64,000 nucleotides of DNA from contig OY740808.1 in NCBI GenBank assembly GCA_963514005.1, positions 31,186,001 through 31,250,000 on the forward strand, in the 5' to 3' direction. Below the pieces are notes generated by a model. That model saw nothing but the letters and a program-made list of their open reading frames with translations. It was not told the origin of the DNA and did no database searches. Below are positions 12,821 to 27,300 of this stretch, one piece after another. Position numbers and translations under genes: made by a program. Position 1 is the first letter of the stretch, and every line of letters starts with the position of its first letter. Source of the stretch: Raja brachyura. Lineage: Eukaryota.

Positions 12821-14023
12821 CCCTTCATCTTGGAAGACACAAAAAGCTGGAGTAACTCAGCGGGGCAGGCAGCATCTCTGCAGAGAAAGAATGGATGATG
12901 TTTCGGGTCAAGACCATATGTCTCCCTTTTCCCTGAGTTTCAGTCTGCAGAACGGTCCGGATCCGAAACGTCACCCATTCCTTCTTTCCAGATATGCTAC
13001 CTGTCCCATTGAGTTACTCCAGCATGTTTGTGGCTATCTTCTGTGTAAACCAGCATCTGCATTTCCTTCCTTGGTAGTCTGGAGCTATCAAGTCATTTCC
13101 CTGTCTTTCACTTCTCTCAAATCACAAAGTGTGAACATATCCGCGGTGAAGTAACAATTCCCACGTCCATACTTCAATGAGTTTATAAGCCAAGGAAATA
13201 TTCCTGCACCCTTTACTTCTGTGGTGTCAAGGGGTCTGATAATCAGCCTCTGGTGGTATATTTTGCGAAAGGGTTACCTGCATAAGATATATCTCCACAA
13301 AAGCTATCTCTTGCCTTCAGCTTCCACAAAGTATTGCTAAAATGCACTTAGGAAGAAACCGTGGTGACAAGCCCAGCCTGTGTGAGGTTGAGATGGGATT
13401 TGCAAGGTCACATGTTCATTTCACATCACAGCATTCCATCTCGCCACTGTAGCTCCAAGAGTTGTTTATTTTTTGACACTCAAGCGGAATAGATAACTGG
13501 TTATTTGGAGAAGCCACCCACAGGATAGACAGTTCAGATTTCTCAGTGGGAACACTTGAGGTGCATTGCTACTTGTCAGTTTATTTTCTACATCTGTTCA
13601 TGCTCGATAGTACGACGCTGCAAAGTGTGGCTCTCGCAACGTTATTGGAACTGGGAAAACGGTTTCAGTTTCAGTTTAGTTTATTGTCACATCATGTACC
13701 GAGGTACAGTTAAACGTTTTTGTTACGTGCTAACCAGTCATCAGAATGCAATACATGATTGCAATCGAGCCATTTACAGTGCACAGACACATGATAAGTG
13801 ATTAACGTTTGGTGCAAGGTAAAGACAGCAAAATCCGATCAAGGATAATCCGAGGGTCACCAAAGAGGTAGATTCACCAAAGGGGAAAACATTTAATTGC
13901 CCATTCTAACGTGCGCTATCTATAGACCTTTTCGCCTTATAACATTTCAAGCTAATATTAATGCCTGTGACAGATTGTGTGGGGGTGCATAATGAAGCGC
14001 CGCGGCCACGGAAGACGCCTTAC

Positions 14024-14247
14024 CTTTCCTTTTGTTGCAGTGATAAAGCGGACTCTGTTCCTGGGACAGTGAGTACGGGTTGGGAGGCAGCAGCTCCTGC
14101 GATGAACTGGATACACCGTTCTCGCATTGGTACTGAGAATTCAGGTTGTTGGACACCGGTAACACTCGCACCTCCCCGCTGAACTGACTCGCAGCGGACC
14201 CCACGCGTTGTCTAACCGTGCTCCGGGGAACCACCGGGTATTCTTTA
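14024..14247 (-). CDS. TBX5: TBX5 coding exon 7
   Basis: [16 protein letters not shown]...[38 protein letters not shown]; 224 nt, frame-consistent; CAG and GTAAG boundaries. Confidence 0.96.
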
Positions 14248-14286
14248 CTGTAGGCATAATTGCAAAAGAAAATGCGTTAATGCCCA

Positions 14287-14522
14287 AGATGGACCCAACA
14301 TGCTGCTGTAACTCAGCGGAACAGACAGCATCTCTCGATAAAAGGGATGGGTGACGTTTCGGGTCGCGACCTTCCTTCAGACTCTAGCGGTAAGACGCCC
14401 TCAATACTACCCTCATCCCTAACCAGTCTGAAGAAGGGTCTCGACCCGAAACGTCACCCATTCCTTCTCTCCTGAGATGCTGCCTATCCCGCTGAGTTAT
14501 CCAGCTGGCTGTGTCTATCTAC
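14287..14522. mobile_element. Foldback PLE-derived element with a hammerhead motif on each strand
   Basis: 14351-14382 (minus) and 14426-14458 (plus) motifs with complementary tails. Confidence 0.85.
14426..14458 (+). ncRNA. Minimal hammerhead ribozyme motif, consensus copy
   Basis: GT-CTGAAGA-A-GGGTC-TC-GACCC-GAAACGTC-AC: CUGANGA core, stem II, GAAA, palindromic ACGT in place of stem III, GUC site; activity not shown. Confidence 0.75.
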
Positions 14523-15317
14523 CCGACCAATACTACGTTTTACTACTTGATCAGTCTGGTGACCTTGAAGAGTTACATTTCACATGCCATTTTCAACATT
14601 TTTTTGTATGGTTTGAAAATGATAACTAAACCGTTACTTTTTAATTATGTTTCATTCCCTCGTCGCCGCCTTTCGTTCTGTCATTTCCAAAGACACGGGG
14701 TAGTATGAACATGCACGTACACAACGGGCCGAGCGTCCCATGCAATTGTAACTGTAATAGCCTTAGGAAAACCTCGTCTTCTTGTGTACGGCCAACAATG
14801 GCTTTGTTTCAAGTTATGCATTCGTTGGCCAGTAATGATTTATTGTTTTGGCCAGGTTCAGTGGACGCCTGATCTCAATCTTTGAATAAAAATATTCTTG
14901 GAGCAGGTCAGTAATTGGGAAGTCTGACCCAGCAGAGTGCTGTCTACAGTCCAAATCGGACCCATTTTGAAGTGGTCTGCAACAACCTTTCCTTGTAATT
15001 GCCTACGTGGTCTCTGGGTGAAGCCAGGTTTTGATTAATTGATTGAAAGATACAACATGGATACAGGCCCTTCAGCCCACCGAGTCCAAGCTGGCCATTT
15101 ACTCTAGTTGTATGTTATCGCACTCGCATCTATTCAATACATTCCAGCAGATCGAACGGGGCAATAAACGCAAGAGGTATTTCATTAAATGTGAGGGGAA
15201 TTGACCGAGAGTAGACCGGTGAAATACAAAAATGCAACGTATTTGATGTATCATCCCGGACAGCTTGCATTTGGTCTATCTGTATCACATACAATGCAGG
15301 GTCGTGCAAGCATGTTA

Positions 15318-15410
<93 letters not shown>

Positions 15411-16544
15411 CTAAATTAGAAATCGAAAAATGTTATAAATTCCTCACAATATGTTAACCAAATATTTTAAAACAGCACCCCGCGTAGACGCACCCTGTGA
15501 ACATAATGACAATGCAAAAACAATGGGCTTGACGTGAAGATGGACTTTAAGTGCATACCTGACCCATTATTTTTTCAAAGATAGACACAAAGTGCTGGAG
15601 GAACTCAACGGGTCAGGCAGAATCTCCGGAGAGTTTCGGGTCGGGACGCTTCTTCAGACCCTCTAGAGTAAAAGGATGGGTGCAGAAAGGTCCCGACCTG
15701 AACTGCCACCCATCATTCTTTCTCCAAAGATGCTGCCTGACCCGTTGAGTTACACCAGCCATTTGTGTCTATATTTCGTATAAACCAGCATCTGCAGTTG
15801 TTTGTTCATTTAAACTTTTCTTATTTCACAGTGTGATTTTTTATTCGTGTTTAAAGAAAGTACGTGTTTTTACTCAAACCTTCCGAACGTTTTAGAACAC
15901 GGTGACTGAGGATGCAAGAAAATGCAAAGTGCTGGAGGAACTCAACGAGTCAGGCAGCATCTGTGGAGGGAATGGACGGGCGACGTTTCGGGTCGGCACA
16001 TTTATTCAGACTGACAATATTTTTAAAATATTGAAACGGGATGGAGCACATGTCGGTATAGTTTATAGCAATGTTCTGTAACATTAATCTGTCACCGAAT
16101 TGTGTAAAACTAAGCGTGTGATATAAACCTTTGCGAGGTGACCGGTCATGCTGATTTGAAAGTTTCATTATCGCCTAGAAATCTAATGGGCACAAAAAAC
16201 AGTCGTCGAAAAGAGAATCTAAAAGCCTTTGAATTGGATTTGGTTGCTGAATAATTGCAAACCCAGTTGAAAGAGGCGGTATAAAAGTGCCCATACTGTC
16301 CAGGAAACTTCCTGGGGACTTCATATGTCTCAAGTAATTTACTGTCGCTTTCCGAACACACGTGTTAGCCGCTGCTTTGTCTGAATTGATCGGACGTTGG
16401 GTATGTTGACCATTATAGCCAAGCTGCCAAGCGCCGACTCCGGCCACGTCCGTTCCAGGTATTGATGGTGGAACAGTCGCCCTTACTAGCATTTAATGAA
16501 TTAGCCAGGTCGGATTGAAAATGAAGACATATAGAACCTAGTTT

Positions 16545-16725
16545 TGTGTAGGAATGAACTACAGATGCTGGTTTACACCGAAGATAGACACAACATGCTG
16601 GAGTAACTCAGCGGGACAGGCAGCATCTCTCGACCCGAAACGTCACCCATTCCTTTTATCCAGAGATGCTGCCTGTCCCGTTGAGTTTAGTTACAGTTAA
16701 TCTAGCATTTTGTGTCTTTCTTCGG
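16545..16725. mobile_element. Foldback PLE-derived element with 13-bp TSD
   Basis: Inverted arms; TAGAACCTAGTTT at 16532-16544 and 16726-16738. Confidence 0.85.
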
Positions 16726-19121
16726 TAGAACCTAGTTTGTTTTTTTTTTTTTTGGGGGGGGGGGGGGGTCTGACTTTATTATTGAATGTATTATTTATTA
16801 TTCTAAAATAATAATATTTTATTATTATTATTTGTAACAAAAGTTGCTATCTTCGTGTATTATCATCTCACTGCTCGGAAAATGTACGGCCAATATTTTA
16901 CACAACTAAATATCCTGCAGTGTGTATTTTGGGCAAGTCCAAAGGACCAATTCAAACATTAAAACTTTCCGTATATTCCGTGAGCAACTTGTGTTGACGA
17001 TTTTGAAAAGTCCTTTTCCTAAATTCGTTCCTTTTAAGGTGAGAAAATTTTATCCCGTGCTGATCCCGTCAACGGCACAACGAGGTGCAATTAGTCTACA
17101 AGTAATACTCAACAGCGTAACTTTGGGAGCTGGCGTTATAATCAATTGGGTTTTCGTAAGTGTGAAGTCACGGCGCCGTGGCATTATACAAATACAAGGC
17201 ACTACGCCACCGAAGCACCATAAATCAGAATGGAAAACATGCGGGCGTTAACTTCAGTAATATGAGCTGAACTAACTTTCATTTTTATAAAATATCTTTG
17301 AGTTATTTGAGTTTAAAGTATCCAAATTAAGTTGTTTTATAACGTATCTTATTGATAGAAAATAGCCAACTTCGATTTCATATCTCAAATAGTGCACGCA
17401 TTCTTGCTTTCAGATTTATACATTAGACAAATATTTAATATACCATGTATCTAATAACACGTCATTATTTTATATATTTCTAACAGTTTTTTTGAAAATA
17501 TTTTCGATGAACATTCCATTAATCTCAGTATGAAAATATTAGTGAGTTATTTTGAGCGTGCTTTGTGTTTAATTTGTCTTGCAAACTCCGGTCAGTATTT
17601 TTGTGTCCCAAAGTGATGAGGAATACAATCATTAAGCAGAGAGAGGGAAGGTGAGAAACGATAATGACGCGTTACTAACTCATTGATGATTAAATATCAT
17701 TTCCCCAACTAATCACAGGTTACTTTACAAAAAGCTTCAAAGTCACATGGCAGAACCTAAACGGCTTCATACTTAACATGCCCATGTTAATAAAAAGGAT
17801 AGCAGGATTCAGTTGTGCTGAGCACTAAACCTCCGGGAGTAAATGCCGCTATGTGTATGTCTAATTAATTGTCCGGCCGTCTACTTGTAAAGAGTTTTAA
17901 ATTATGTGCTTCTCAGCCAAATAGTGTATCCTGTTACTAACTTTCAACCTGCCAGTTTTGAATTAATTTGATATTTGTTCTTCAGAAGCTCACACTTTCT
18001 AAGAAGCAGACATTGATTGGCACAGCTCATTTACACGAATGTTCCCTTGCTGTTAAATTGGTAAAAATCCTCGAATCCCAAGGACCACATTTCATAGGCG
18101 ATTTTTTATTAAAGGACGTCTCCTTGAAATGTTTTACCATCTCGTGAAGAATATTAATATATTGTTCAAACCCCAATCTAATGCTGCAAAACCTTTGGCT
18201 TGATGGAATTTCAAGGGAAACGCAGTCTTTTTTTCATTAAAAGTGATAAATGTCAGGTCCGTGTTGCAATTGGTGAACTGCAGGTGAGGCTCTTGCTTTG
18301 ATTGTGGTTGGAAATTTAAATGAGTTCCAACTCCAAGCCTCGACCTTTTACTGGAATAACCGTTGCTGGAGAACGTGTTTGCCCGTCAATTGTTTAACCC
18401 GACGGTGAGCCAATTGAACAGAACTATAAAATATGGTGTTTTCCCCTCCTCAGATCGTTCAATGACATCCGCCAGAGTGATTGTTGATCTTTGAAACTTT
18501 AATCCTCAACTAATTCCCCAACTGGCGTTATTTCACTAAAGACGGAAATTAAAAATTAGTCTAAACTTTTCATTTGTGGTGAGTTATGAAAGTATCTTCA
18601 TATGATGCAAGCCACACTCAAAATCCCTGACGGGACAAAAAATAAGCGACCTTAATCGCAAACGGTAGACGTCTGGAATAAAAGCAGAAATATTCAAAAT
18701 ATACCGCGACCCATCAGCATCTAATAATAAAATGAAAACAGTTTGGGGGCGTGTTACTCAGTGATCTGAAATTTACTGCACACACATCTTCCCAATCTTA
18801 ACTATTTTATGTTCTTAGAATCTAAGCAACTATATCAATATAAATAATCAACGTTTAAATATTTAATGTGTGTCCATGAAATTAATAATTAAACTATAGA
18901 AGAAAAGTGTCGCGTTCGTTCGCAATGTACCGCAGTAACAACATCCCCTTATCGATTGCGACCTGTCCATTTTTTTTGCCCAATTTCACGCCGGGCAAGT
19001 GATCGATAAAACCACAAGACTGGATGCTGCTTCTCTTTACAAACAATATGTTGGAAGTGAAAGTTGGAATTACATGGGTGTGAATGGGCGAATGGATTCG
19101 AGGTAGTTCAAACTCACTTTA

Positions 19122-19283
<162 letters not shown>

Positions 19284-19403
19284 CTAACAAAGGGAAACAT
19301 GGAAAGTAAATATTCGGATCAAAATCAAGGATTTAGATTTAGATTTTTATTAGCTTGGGTATTTGCAGAAACCAGAACGAGAGAAGGAAGCGTGTAAGAT
19401 TCT

Positions 19404-19500
19404 GTCTGAAGAAGGGTCTCGACCCGAAACGTCGCCTATCTCCTTCGCTCCTTAGATGCTGCTGCACCCGCTGAGTTTCTCCAGCTTTTTGTGTAACCCC
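19404..19500 (+). mobile_element. Short hammerhead-bearing PLE-derived element with 13-bp TSD
   Basis: Starts GTCTGAAGAAGGGTCTCGACCCGAAACGTCGCC; CGTGTAAGATTCT at 19391-19403 and 19501-19513. Confidence 0.85.
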
Positions 19501-19517
19501 CGTGTAAGATTCTTCCT

Positions 19518-19650
19518 TGTGTAGGAAGGAACTACAGGTGCTGGTTTAAACCGAAGACAGACAGAACAAGTTGGAGTATGTCAGCGGGTCAGGCAGCATC
19601 TCTGGACAGAATGAATGGGTGACGTTTCTAGTCGAGACCCTTCCTCAGAC
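19518..19650 (-). mobile_element. Short PLE-derived element, full length, in a TBX5 intron
   Basis: Matches the 1261-1393 consensus; stem II mutated. Confidence 0.8.
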
Positions 19651-21241
19651 CTCTTTTTGGTTTTAAATGCTCGGGGAAACATCTCCACACAGCTCGTCTT
19701 TTTAAATTCCCCCACTTCTGTAATTTTCTTCAATCAAATGACAATTTGCCGGCAACTGTTGTCATTCCGGGCAGTTTCGCCCAGAGTGGCGGGGGTTTTT
19801 AATTTTGGAAAGCACCCAACTAACTAAGCCCCTTCCACTCGCAGTCAACCTCTAGTGAGTACACACTGCCTTTCATTTTTTTTTAAATGTGATTTAAAAC
19901 GTTACAAACATCTGGTAATGCCAAAGAGTCGTTTCGAAGGACTCAGTCTGCAATTATTCCAAGATCGCCAAGATTGTTGGGAGACAGGGGGTAGGGTTGG
20001 GAGCGATTCTGGCGACAGAAAGACGCTGCTTGTCCCGCAATGGCAAACCCTCCAAGTCATCTCTTCTTGGAGTCCCTCTCATCCCCCAGGCTTAGTTAAA
20101 TTGCTTTGACAGTCCCGTAAGCCCTAGACATCACTGGTGAACGATCTAATGATTTTTAATTTCATTATATCCCGCTTAATTGAGAGGCTACCAGTACTGG
20201 TTACATCCAGCAATTTGTTAAATGCATTTCTCATTGTTGCCTCTCAATCCGTTTGTTTAGAGAGATTTTTGCAATTGCCGCCTTTTCACAGTAGGGAAGG
20301 CGGCCTTCATCGGCCTGCCATCCATTGCCCGGCAGTTTCCAAGGCTACCGTTACCTAACGGGAGTGCTTAATTCCGGAAAACAGAGCTCTCTGTTCTGGT
20401 AGAGACGAATGTTGGGGAAATTACGCGCCACTGTTAAAGTTGACATTTCCAATTTCTGTTTTGGTTCTGTTTTTCTAACGTTGATTCTTATCTCGCAGAT
20501 ACTACAGGCGGCGGAGATGTGTTCTATGTCAGTACTTTTACACATCAACTGGAATAACTGAACTCATTAAAAAAAAATAACTAAAGGATTTCACCGGCGC
20601 CCCGGAACTTAAAGGAGGGTGTTTGGTCCACTCTTTGTAATGCAACGATAGTTCGCATCGAATGGATTGGAAAGTTAGGCCGGGCAATGGAAGGAAAATG
20701 AACACGTATGTCTCTCTCATAATACTGGTATTGTTTATGTTAAGACAGGCCTCCCCGTGTCCCATCGTGCATCGCAGCAGAATGAGGCAATTTGTGTTCA
20801 AGCCCAATAATTTCAGGTAGAGTGAAAGGTTCCATTCTCAACTAGTGCTTGCAAACGATTGCATTCCTGATGCGCCTCTTTTTACAAAAAAAAACATAAT
20901 TTGGCCCAATCCCGCAGTTGAAATAGCAACCTTGTTAATGTTCATTTCTAAGATGTACATCAGCACGAGAAAACCAACGATAATTATTCACGATAAGCCA
21001 AATGTTCTACTCGGTCCCAACACTCTACAATTTTCTCGTTAACCATTCGCTGACCACAGAGCCGGTTCATTTCTTTGCTTTCCTCGCCAGCGTCAATGGC
21101 AACAAGTTTGACAGGATGTAACTTTCGCGATAACCGCGTGTTTAACAGTCAGCCCCGCGTTAATTTGTGCTCTTCTGTTAAGATTGGGCAGGTTCCGATG
21201 ATCATTGGAGTTCAGCTACTTAATGGGAAGAGGTGCAATTA

Positions 21242-21469
<228 letters not shown>

Positions 21470-21897
21470 TCAGTCCAGTCTAGACACGGAACACACAAAG
21501 AGCATTGCCAACGATAAAACAGGTGTCGCGCTCAATGAATATTTTATACACGTTGAAACCAAACTCTGAATCCACATCACAGAATCACTGCTAGCAAGTG
21601 AAATGCTCCAAATACCAGGGGGGAATTTCCATTTTGAAAAAAAGGCCGCGCGTTTGTCTGAATCAAACCTTATAACCCCACTTGGGGAGATGCTCATTTT
21701 TCCACACACGGCCTTCTTTATACACAATATACATGTCAGTTTCCACCCGTGTAACAGCAAGTGGCGGTTATAAAAGACTCATCATTGGCATATCCCCACA
21801 ACACCATTACCACAATATTCCGAAATCTATTCAGCCCAACAAGAATTCTACTTTTTAAAAAAAAATCTCGTAAGATTGATGGAGCAGACAAATACTA

Positions 21898-22029
<132 letters not shown>

Positions 22030-23439
22030 TTAAAACCAGAAGCGCTTTTAATGCAGGGGCGATACATTGCGTATACCACTCTCCATAGAAAATATGAATT
22101 CCCACCACTGTAAACAATGATACGTGCCGCTGGAGACCTCGTTTGGTGTTTACTGATACATGACTTTGTTTTGTACAAGCAAACTGGTGGAAAAAGGTTG
22201 ATTGTTCAACCTGAACAAACAAACACGATCTGTAATGCATGTACACAGTAGACACGAGTAATAAAAGCCGCGGGTAAACAGGCAGCATTAATGCAGCAAA
22301 GTAATGTACACAACATGGCTTCGATCATGGCCTAATTTGTACCCCGCGTACCAAGCCTAATGTTCCATCTCTTTGTATTAAAGTGGCTGTTAGTTTGTAA
22401 ATGCGAAATGTGTTTACAGAATACTTTGGCAATATAATCTAAAGGTGGCTTTATTCATGGACATCGCATTACAAAAAAAGGGGGGAGGGGCGGGGGAGAG
22501 AATAAAAAGCTTTTAACTGGAAGCGCAATATTTGTTGTCTCCACATATTACCGAATAACAGCTTGAACATATGCAGATCTTTATAAATATTTATTACTTG
22601 TTCGGCGTAAGTGGGATGAAATTGAAAGCCCACGAGGAAACATATTGTCTGCATGCAAATCAAGAAATGTTGAGAGGGGCAGAATAGAAAACATTGTTTT
22701 AATCCGAAATTAAGATGATATCCTGTTTGCCTTAGCTCTTTCAGGAAATCTCAATCTGAATGTCCTTAATTTCTGCCTCATTCCACAAGTTTGTGAATTA
22801 TTTAGAATCTTACTGCAATTATCGTTTAACAAAATAAACTAAACTAAAGATGTGGGTGGGGGGGGGGCTTTAAATTAATGGAATGCGAATGTAGCGGGGA
22901 GCAGATGATTTCATGTAATTAGTATAATTTATTAATTCGGCCTGTATTGTAAATAAAGTACCTTGCCGCATCAGTTTATAAAAAGCTCAGCTGTTTAGCT
23001 AAACATTCCAACTATAGTTTCTACAAATAATTTGAGGACAAAGTTTAAAAGATGTGCATCCGTGGAAGCTTTCTTATATATTCTGTAAACAGTCTTGCTG
23101 GAATATCACTTCAAGACTGACTGGATTTGCGCTCTACAGCCACATTAAATATTCCTTATTAAAAATTGATTAATCTGAGCCTGTTTAACGTTGAGCACCA
23201 GAGTTATTAACTATCTATTATATTCGACTCTTTAGAAACACTTAAGAATGTCCCTTTGGGACGAACAGATTTTGTATAACAGTGAAAGTTCTGTCATTGC
23301 AAACTTTGGTTGATCGGGAAGCATATTCACAACTGCATTTAAGTAACAGTCGAGCTATGAGCATGAACACCATACATTGTAATGTAAGAACAACGGCCAT
23401 TATGGTAGCATTTCGTTCGGGTTAATTACCATTCCCTTA

Positions 23440-23535
<96 letters not shown>

Positions 23536-23852
23536 CTAGAAGTGGGAAATATAATTAATAAATACCCATGCCTAGAATTAGATTATCAACAAAATAAATA
23601 CAATCTAAGTAATCAATGCAATGGCTCCCCGTTATAATTTACCCCCTCAGTTACAAAATGAGTACTTAATCCGTACCTTGGTCTTAAAGTATGTAACAAG
23701 GAATGAGATTAACCAATCAAGCGTCTGCGGGCACTAGCACCGAGAAAGGTGTTGGAGATGCATTTACAGACATTTACATGTATTACCCAGTTGTTACCCG
23801 TGTTAAGCAATAAGGTGCACTTATTGTGCTGCGCTGGTAGTCTGAGACCAAC

Positions 23853-24002
23853 CTGTTGACTGTATGTAGCCTGCTGTGGGGAATGGGGTTTGTTGGCCGC
23901 ACCGAGCAAGCTGTCCTGCTTATTTTCTGAACAATGTTCCTTCGGCTCGGGGTCGCTGCGTGTTGTAGCTGGCAGCCCGAAGCCTTCTTCAGTCTCCGCC
24001 AT
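23853..24002 (-). CDS. TBX5: TBX5 coding exon 1 (human exon 2 equivalent), contains start codon
   Basis: Translates MAETEEGFGLPATTRSDPEPKEHCSENKQDSLLGAANKPHSPQQATYSQQ (cf. human MADADEGFGL...QAAFTQQ); 150 nt; GT donor at 23852-23851; polypyrimidine tract plus AG acceptor at 24020-24019 gives 16 nt of 5'UTR. Confidence 0.96.
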
Positions 24003-26379
24003 ATTCCACCGCACGATCCTTGCGAGAGAGGCAGGGAAACCCAAGCATTGAGACTTAATTGTAAGCAACGCAAAACGACCATCACACGGCACAGTCCCTT
24101 CTTGACAAATATGCAGTAAAAAAAAAACACAGCGAATAGTGAATGGGTTAAGGGGCTAAGGGGGAAACGAAACGAAACTCTCTCAAAAGTAACGGTGTTA
24201 CCAGACTGAGCTGCCGCACGATTACATAATGCAGGCCTTTTATATGAAGTTATGGAAAATTAGGGATAAAACCATAATGCCAATCTTAGCTGACTCCAAA
24301 TGATAAATGAGGTATTCACGAAATTCGCCTGGACTTCTGGAAAGAGTAATAAAGATAAGGTTCCAGGCTGCTTTTGAGCAACTGTTTGATTGGAGTCAAA
24401 GTAGCAATTACAATCCCTCCACTTTGTAGACCAGCGCTTCTGCATTTGACCCAACTTCTTCCATTGGTTTCATGGCCCTGTTAAAGGGTCGGCAGCTTTC
24501 GACATCAGCCCGAGGTTTCACCGTGTTATTACGATGGCTATGCTGGTGAGCGCTTTTAATCACTCGCCGTGCACTCCGAGTTACTAGACCGTGGGGCACG
24601 TGACCGTGTTGATAATGAGTAGATTTCAGAAGCGTGTGATCGACTGAAAATTAAATATTCTGCATTTGATCGTGGCTTTCCAAATGGTCAGCGTTCTAAC
24701 GTTTGAAAGGCCAACCCCTTCCACACCTCCCCGCCTCCACAACCTGTCACCAGAGCACCCGCATTTTAGTTAAACTATCTTAAGGTGTTATTTCATCTCT
24801 GATGTGGCGCAAATGTTTTGAGTCGGTTACTGAATTACCTAAATACTACCAGCTACATTCATTTGACAGTCCAGTTGACTTAATCGTTTCCAATCTTCTC
24901 TCTCACTCTGCTTAATGATTATATTCGTCATCACTTTGAGACACAAACAATACTGAGCCGAGTTTGCAATGCAAATGAAACGCAAAGCGCGCACAAAACA
25001 ATTCACTAATATTCTCATCGTTTGGATATAAAAGCATGCCAACATGTCCCAGAATGAAAAATAAAAATCACAATTTGGATAGCGTTTAGTTGGTCTATAT
25101 CATATCCTATGAAACTAGGCCTCTGCTTATAATGCGCAAACGATTAGCGACGAAGGAGATTACAATGCAAAAATAATTTAGGTCGCATTTATCCCAGTTG
25201 TGCGTCTACTAATGGGTTCATGATATTTATCTGCATTAAAATTATATGTAGCCCTGTTTAATATTTTATCGATCAATTGTTTACACAAAGGACATTGTTC
25301 AAAGCAGATTTAACTCAGAAGATTTTATGCAACTTTAATTGTTCTTATTACTGAGATGCTAAATTGTCATACCCTCTTATTTGCAAGTACATATCTGTAA
25401 TTTAGTTTAATTTAGAAATCATCTTTTTCACGGGTCTTTTGACCGCACACTTGATTACCCACGCGTTTTACTATTGCTCAGCATTGCGGTTATGAATAAT
25501 TCACACCAATCGTGAAACATAGCGTGTGTACCTGTAATCGACGGAATTAACTTGTAAAATGTATCTATATGAAGATAAGGCATAATTTCAGGACGTTATT
25601 AATGCATCATATGATTGAATGAGAATGCATTGGGAATTTAGGAGAAAGGCCTGTGTGTTGTAAATATAATTTCCTTTTTGGGACGGCGAATGGGAATTTC
25701 TCTGTCTACCTTGCTGGCTATTTTATAACAATCTTATTCGGACAGCGAAGATATGAAGCCTGCTCCATATGGAATGAACAGCACTGCCACTTTGCACTTT
25801 CTGCTAAGTTCAACTAATGTAGATGTTTTATAATGTGACAATATCCACATGAACATGTAATCAACATGCTTCTTAGCTCGAGTTCCGGCAAAAAGAGTAA
25901 CTGATTTCGGGAATATATATCGCTTGCAGGGTTTCCCAAATCGGGAGAAAAGCGACAAGGAAATGCTTCCGGCAATATTTACAAAAACAATCGCCAGAAA
26001 TATTAAATCCTCGCTACAGTCGAGCAAACTGCGGGTAACAACTTTTTCGATGCTAAACCCTCCCACTTCTATTATGATTGGTAATATTAAAATTTGACGT
26101 ATAAACGGAAGAGTATCAGAGGGTCAGAAGAAAGCGATGTGTCTGTACAGATAGGCCGCGACACTGTGCTTGCAAATGTAAACATACACTCATAGTCGAC
26201 AATGTCCATCGTTGGTTGTATAGACAGTTTTTGAAATTTCACTAATTACTAGCTTCAGCTCCTTGCATTTCCTAAAGACTTGCCCACAATAATCTGGACC
26301 AATCCGAAATGCTTCCTTTTGTTTTAATTTCCGTGCAGGCCCCGTTATTCAGTGATAAGATACTTGATATAAATCGCGA

Positions 26380-27300
26380 TCGCTGCTCACACAGACAATG
26401 CACACAACATGCACGCAAGCTGAAAGGCAGAACACAAAGAATTAAACTTCACCCGAGGGAGAAATGGCAATGTACCTTCAGGTCTATCCACAATGGAAGA
26501 GTATTGATACGATCCTTCGCAATCGCTGTCTTCCCTGGTTAGACACAGAACACATCCCAGGCTGAACAATCCAGAGATCGCCAGGGGTATTGCACTTTTC
26601 CAAATACTTCCAGGTTGCCGGACGCGCAACGAGTGATTTTGAGGGTGGAAAAATAAGGCCTTGTCGTAGGATCTGTGGTAGCTATGCACAAGAAACTTGG
26701 CGTGCAGAGGACGAGTGGGGAAGCAGTTCACCCATAAGGTAGATTTGGTGGGCGCTGTGTGTGTAATATAGGAAATGCGTGCACATCCAGTGGAGCGCGC
26801 TGACTGGAGTGACGTGGGGAACCTTCCGTGCGCTCGAAGTGCTGAACGTCTGTCCAACCAGCGCTGATCCACACACAACGACTCATCCCAGACCCCCCAG
26901 CATCCTGGCAGCTCAAACGCAGCACAAAGACACGATGAAACTTGAGCACCTCACCATCCATCTTGGTCCTTTTTTTAACCAAAAGGCACCCCCCCCCCCT
27001 CTCCCCCCCACCCTCCCCTCTCTCTCTCCCTCTCTCTCTCTCTCTAACTTTCCCCCCCCTCCCTCTCTCTGTCTCTCTTTCACACACATACACACACACA
27101 CACTCCTCCACCCATAGCCACACGCACACACACACACACTAACACTAACACACACACTAACACACACACACACTAACACACACACGCACACAAAACCAGG
27201 AAGCCCTGATCCACTGACAGGACTTAGAAATCTCTCCGGGAGAAAACAAAATTCCACTGAGTGCTGTGAAATGCAAATCCGATTCCCCTTTTAGGCTGTA
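26380..27300 (-). promoter_or_regulatory. Candidate TBX5 promoter / non-coding first exon region
   Basis: The ATG exon has an acceptor, so an upstream exon is required; CpG-rich stretch next to GA/GT microsatellites; possible donor GTGAGC at 26390-26385; no transcript evidence. Confidence 0.3.
26989..27192. repeat. Compound microsatellite (C-rich/CT, then CA and CACTAA units)
   Basis: Directly visible low-complexity tract. Confidence 0.95.

Noticed and set aside
16740-16768. Homopolymer runs (poly-T/poly-G here; poly-C at about 37039, 49913, 55900 and 59759)
   Set aside because: Simple repeats of uncertain assembled length; G-quadruplex potential alone is not informative
24003-24092. In-frame upstream extension of the TBX5 ORF (MPCDGRF...)
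   Set aside because: Starts at a non-ATG codon and crosses a good splice acceptor at 24019-24020; the ATG at 24002 matches orthologues
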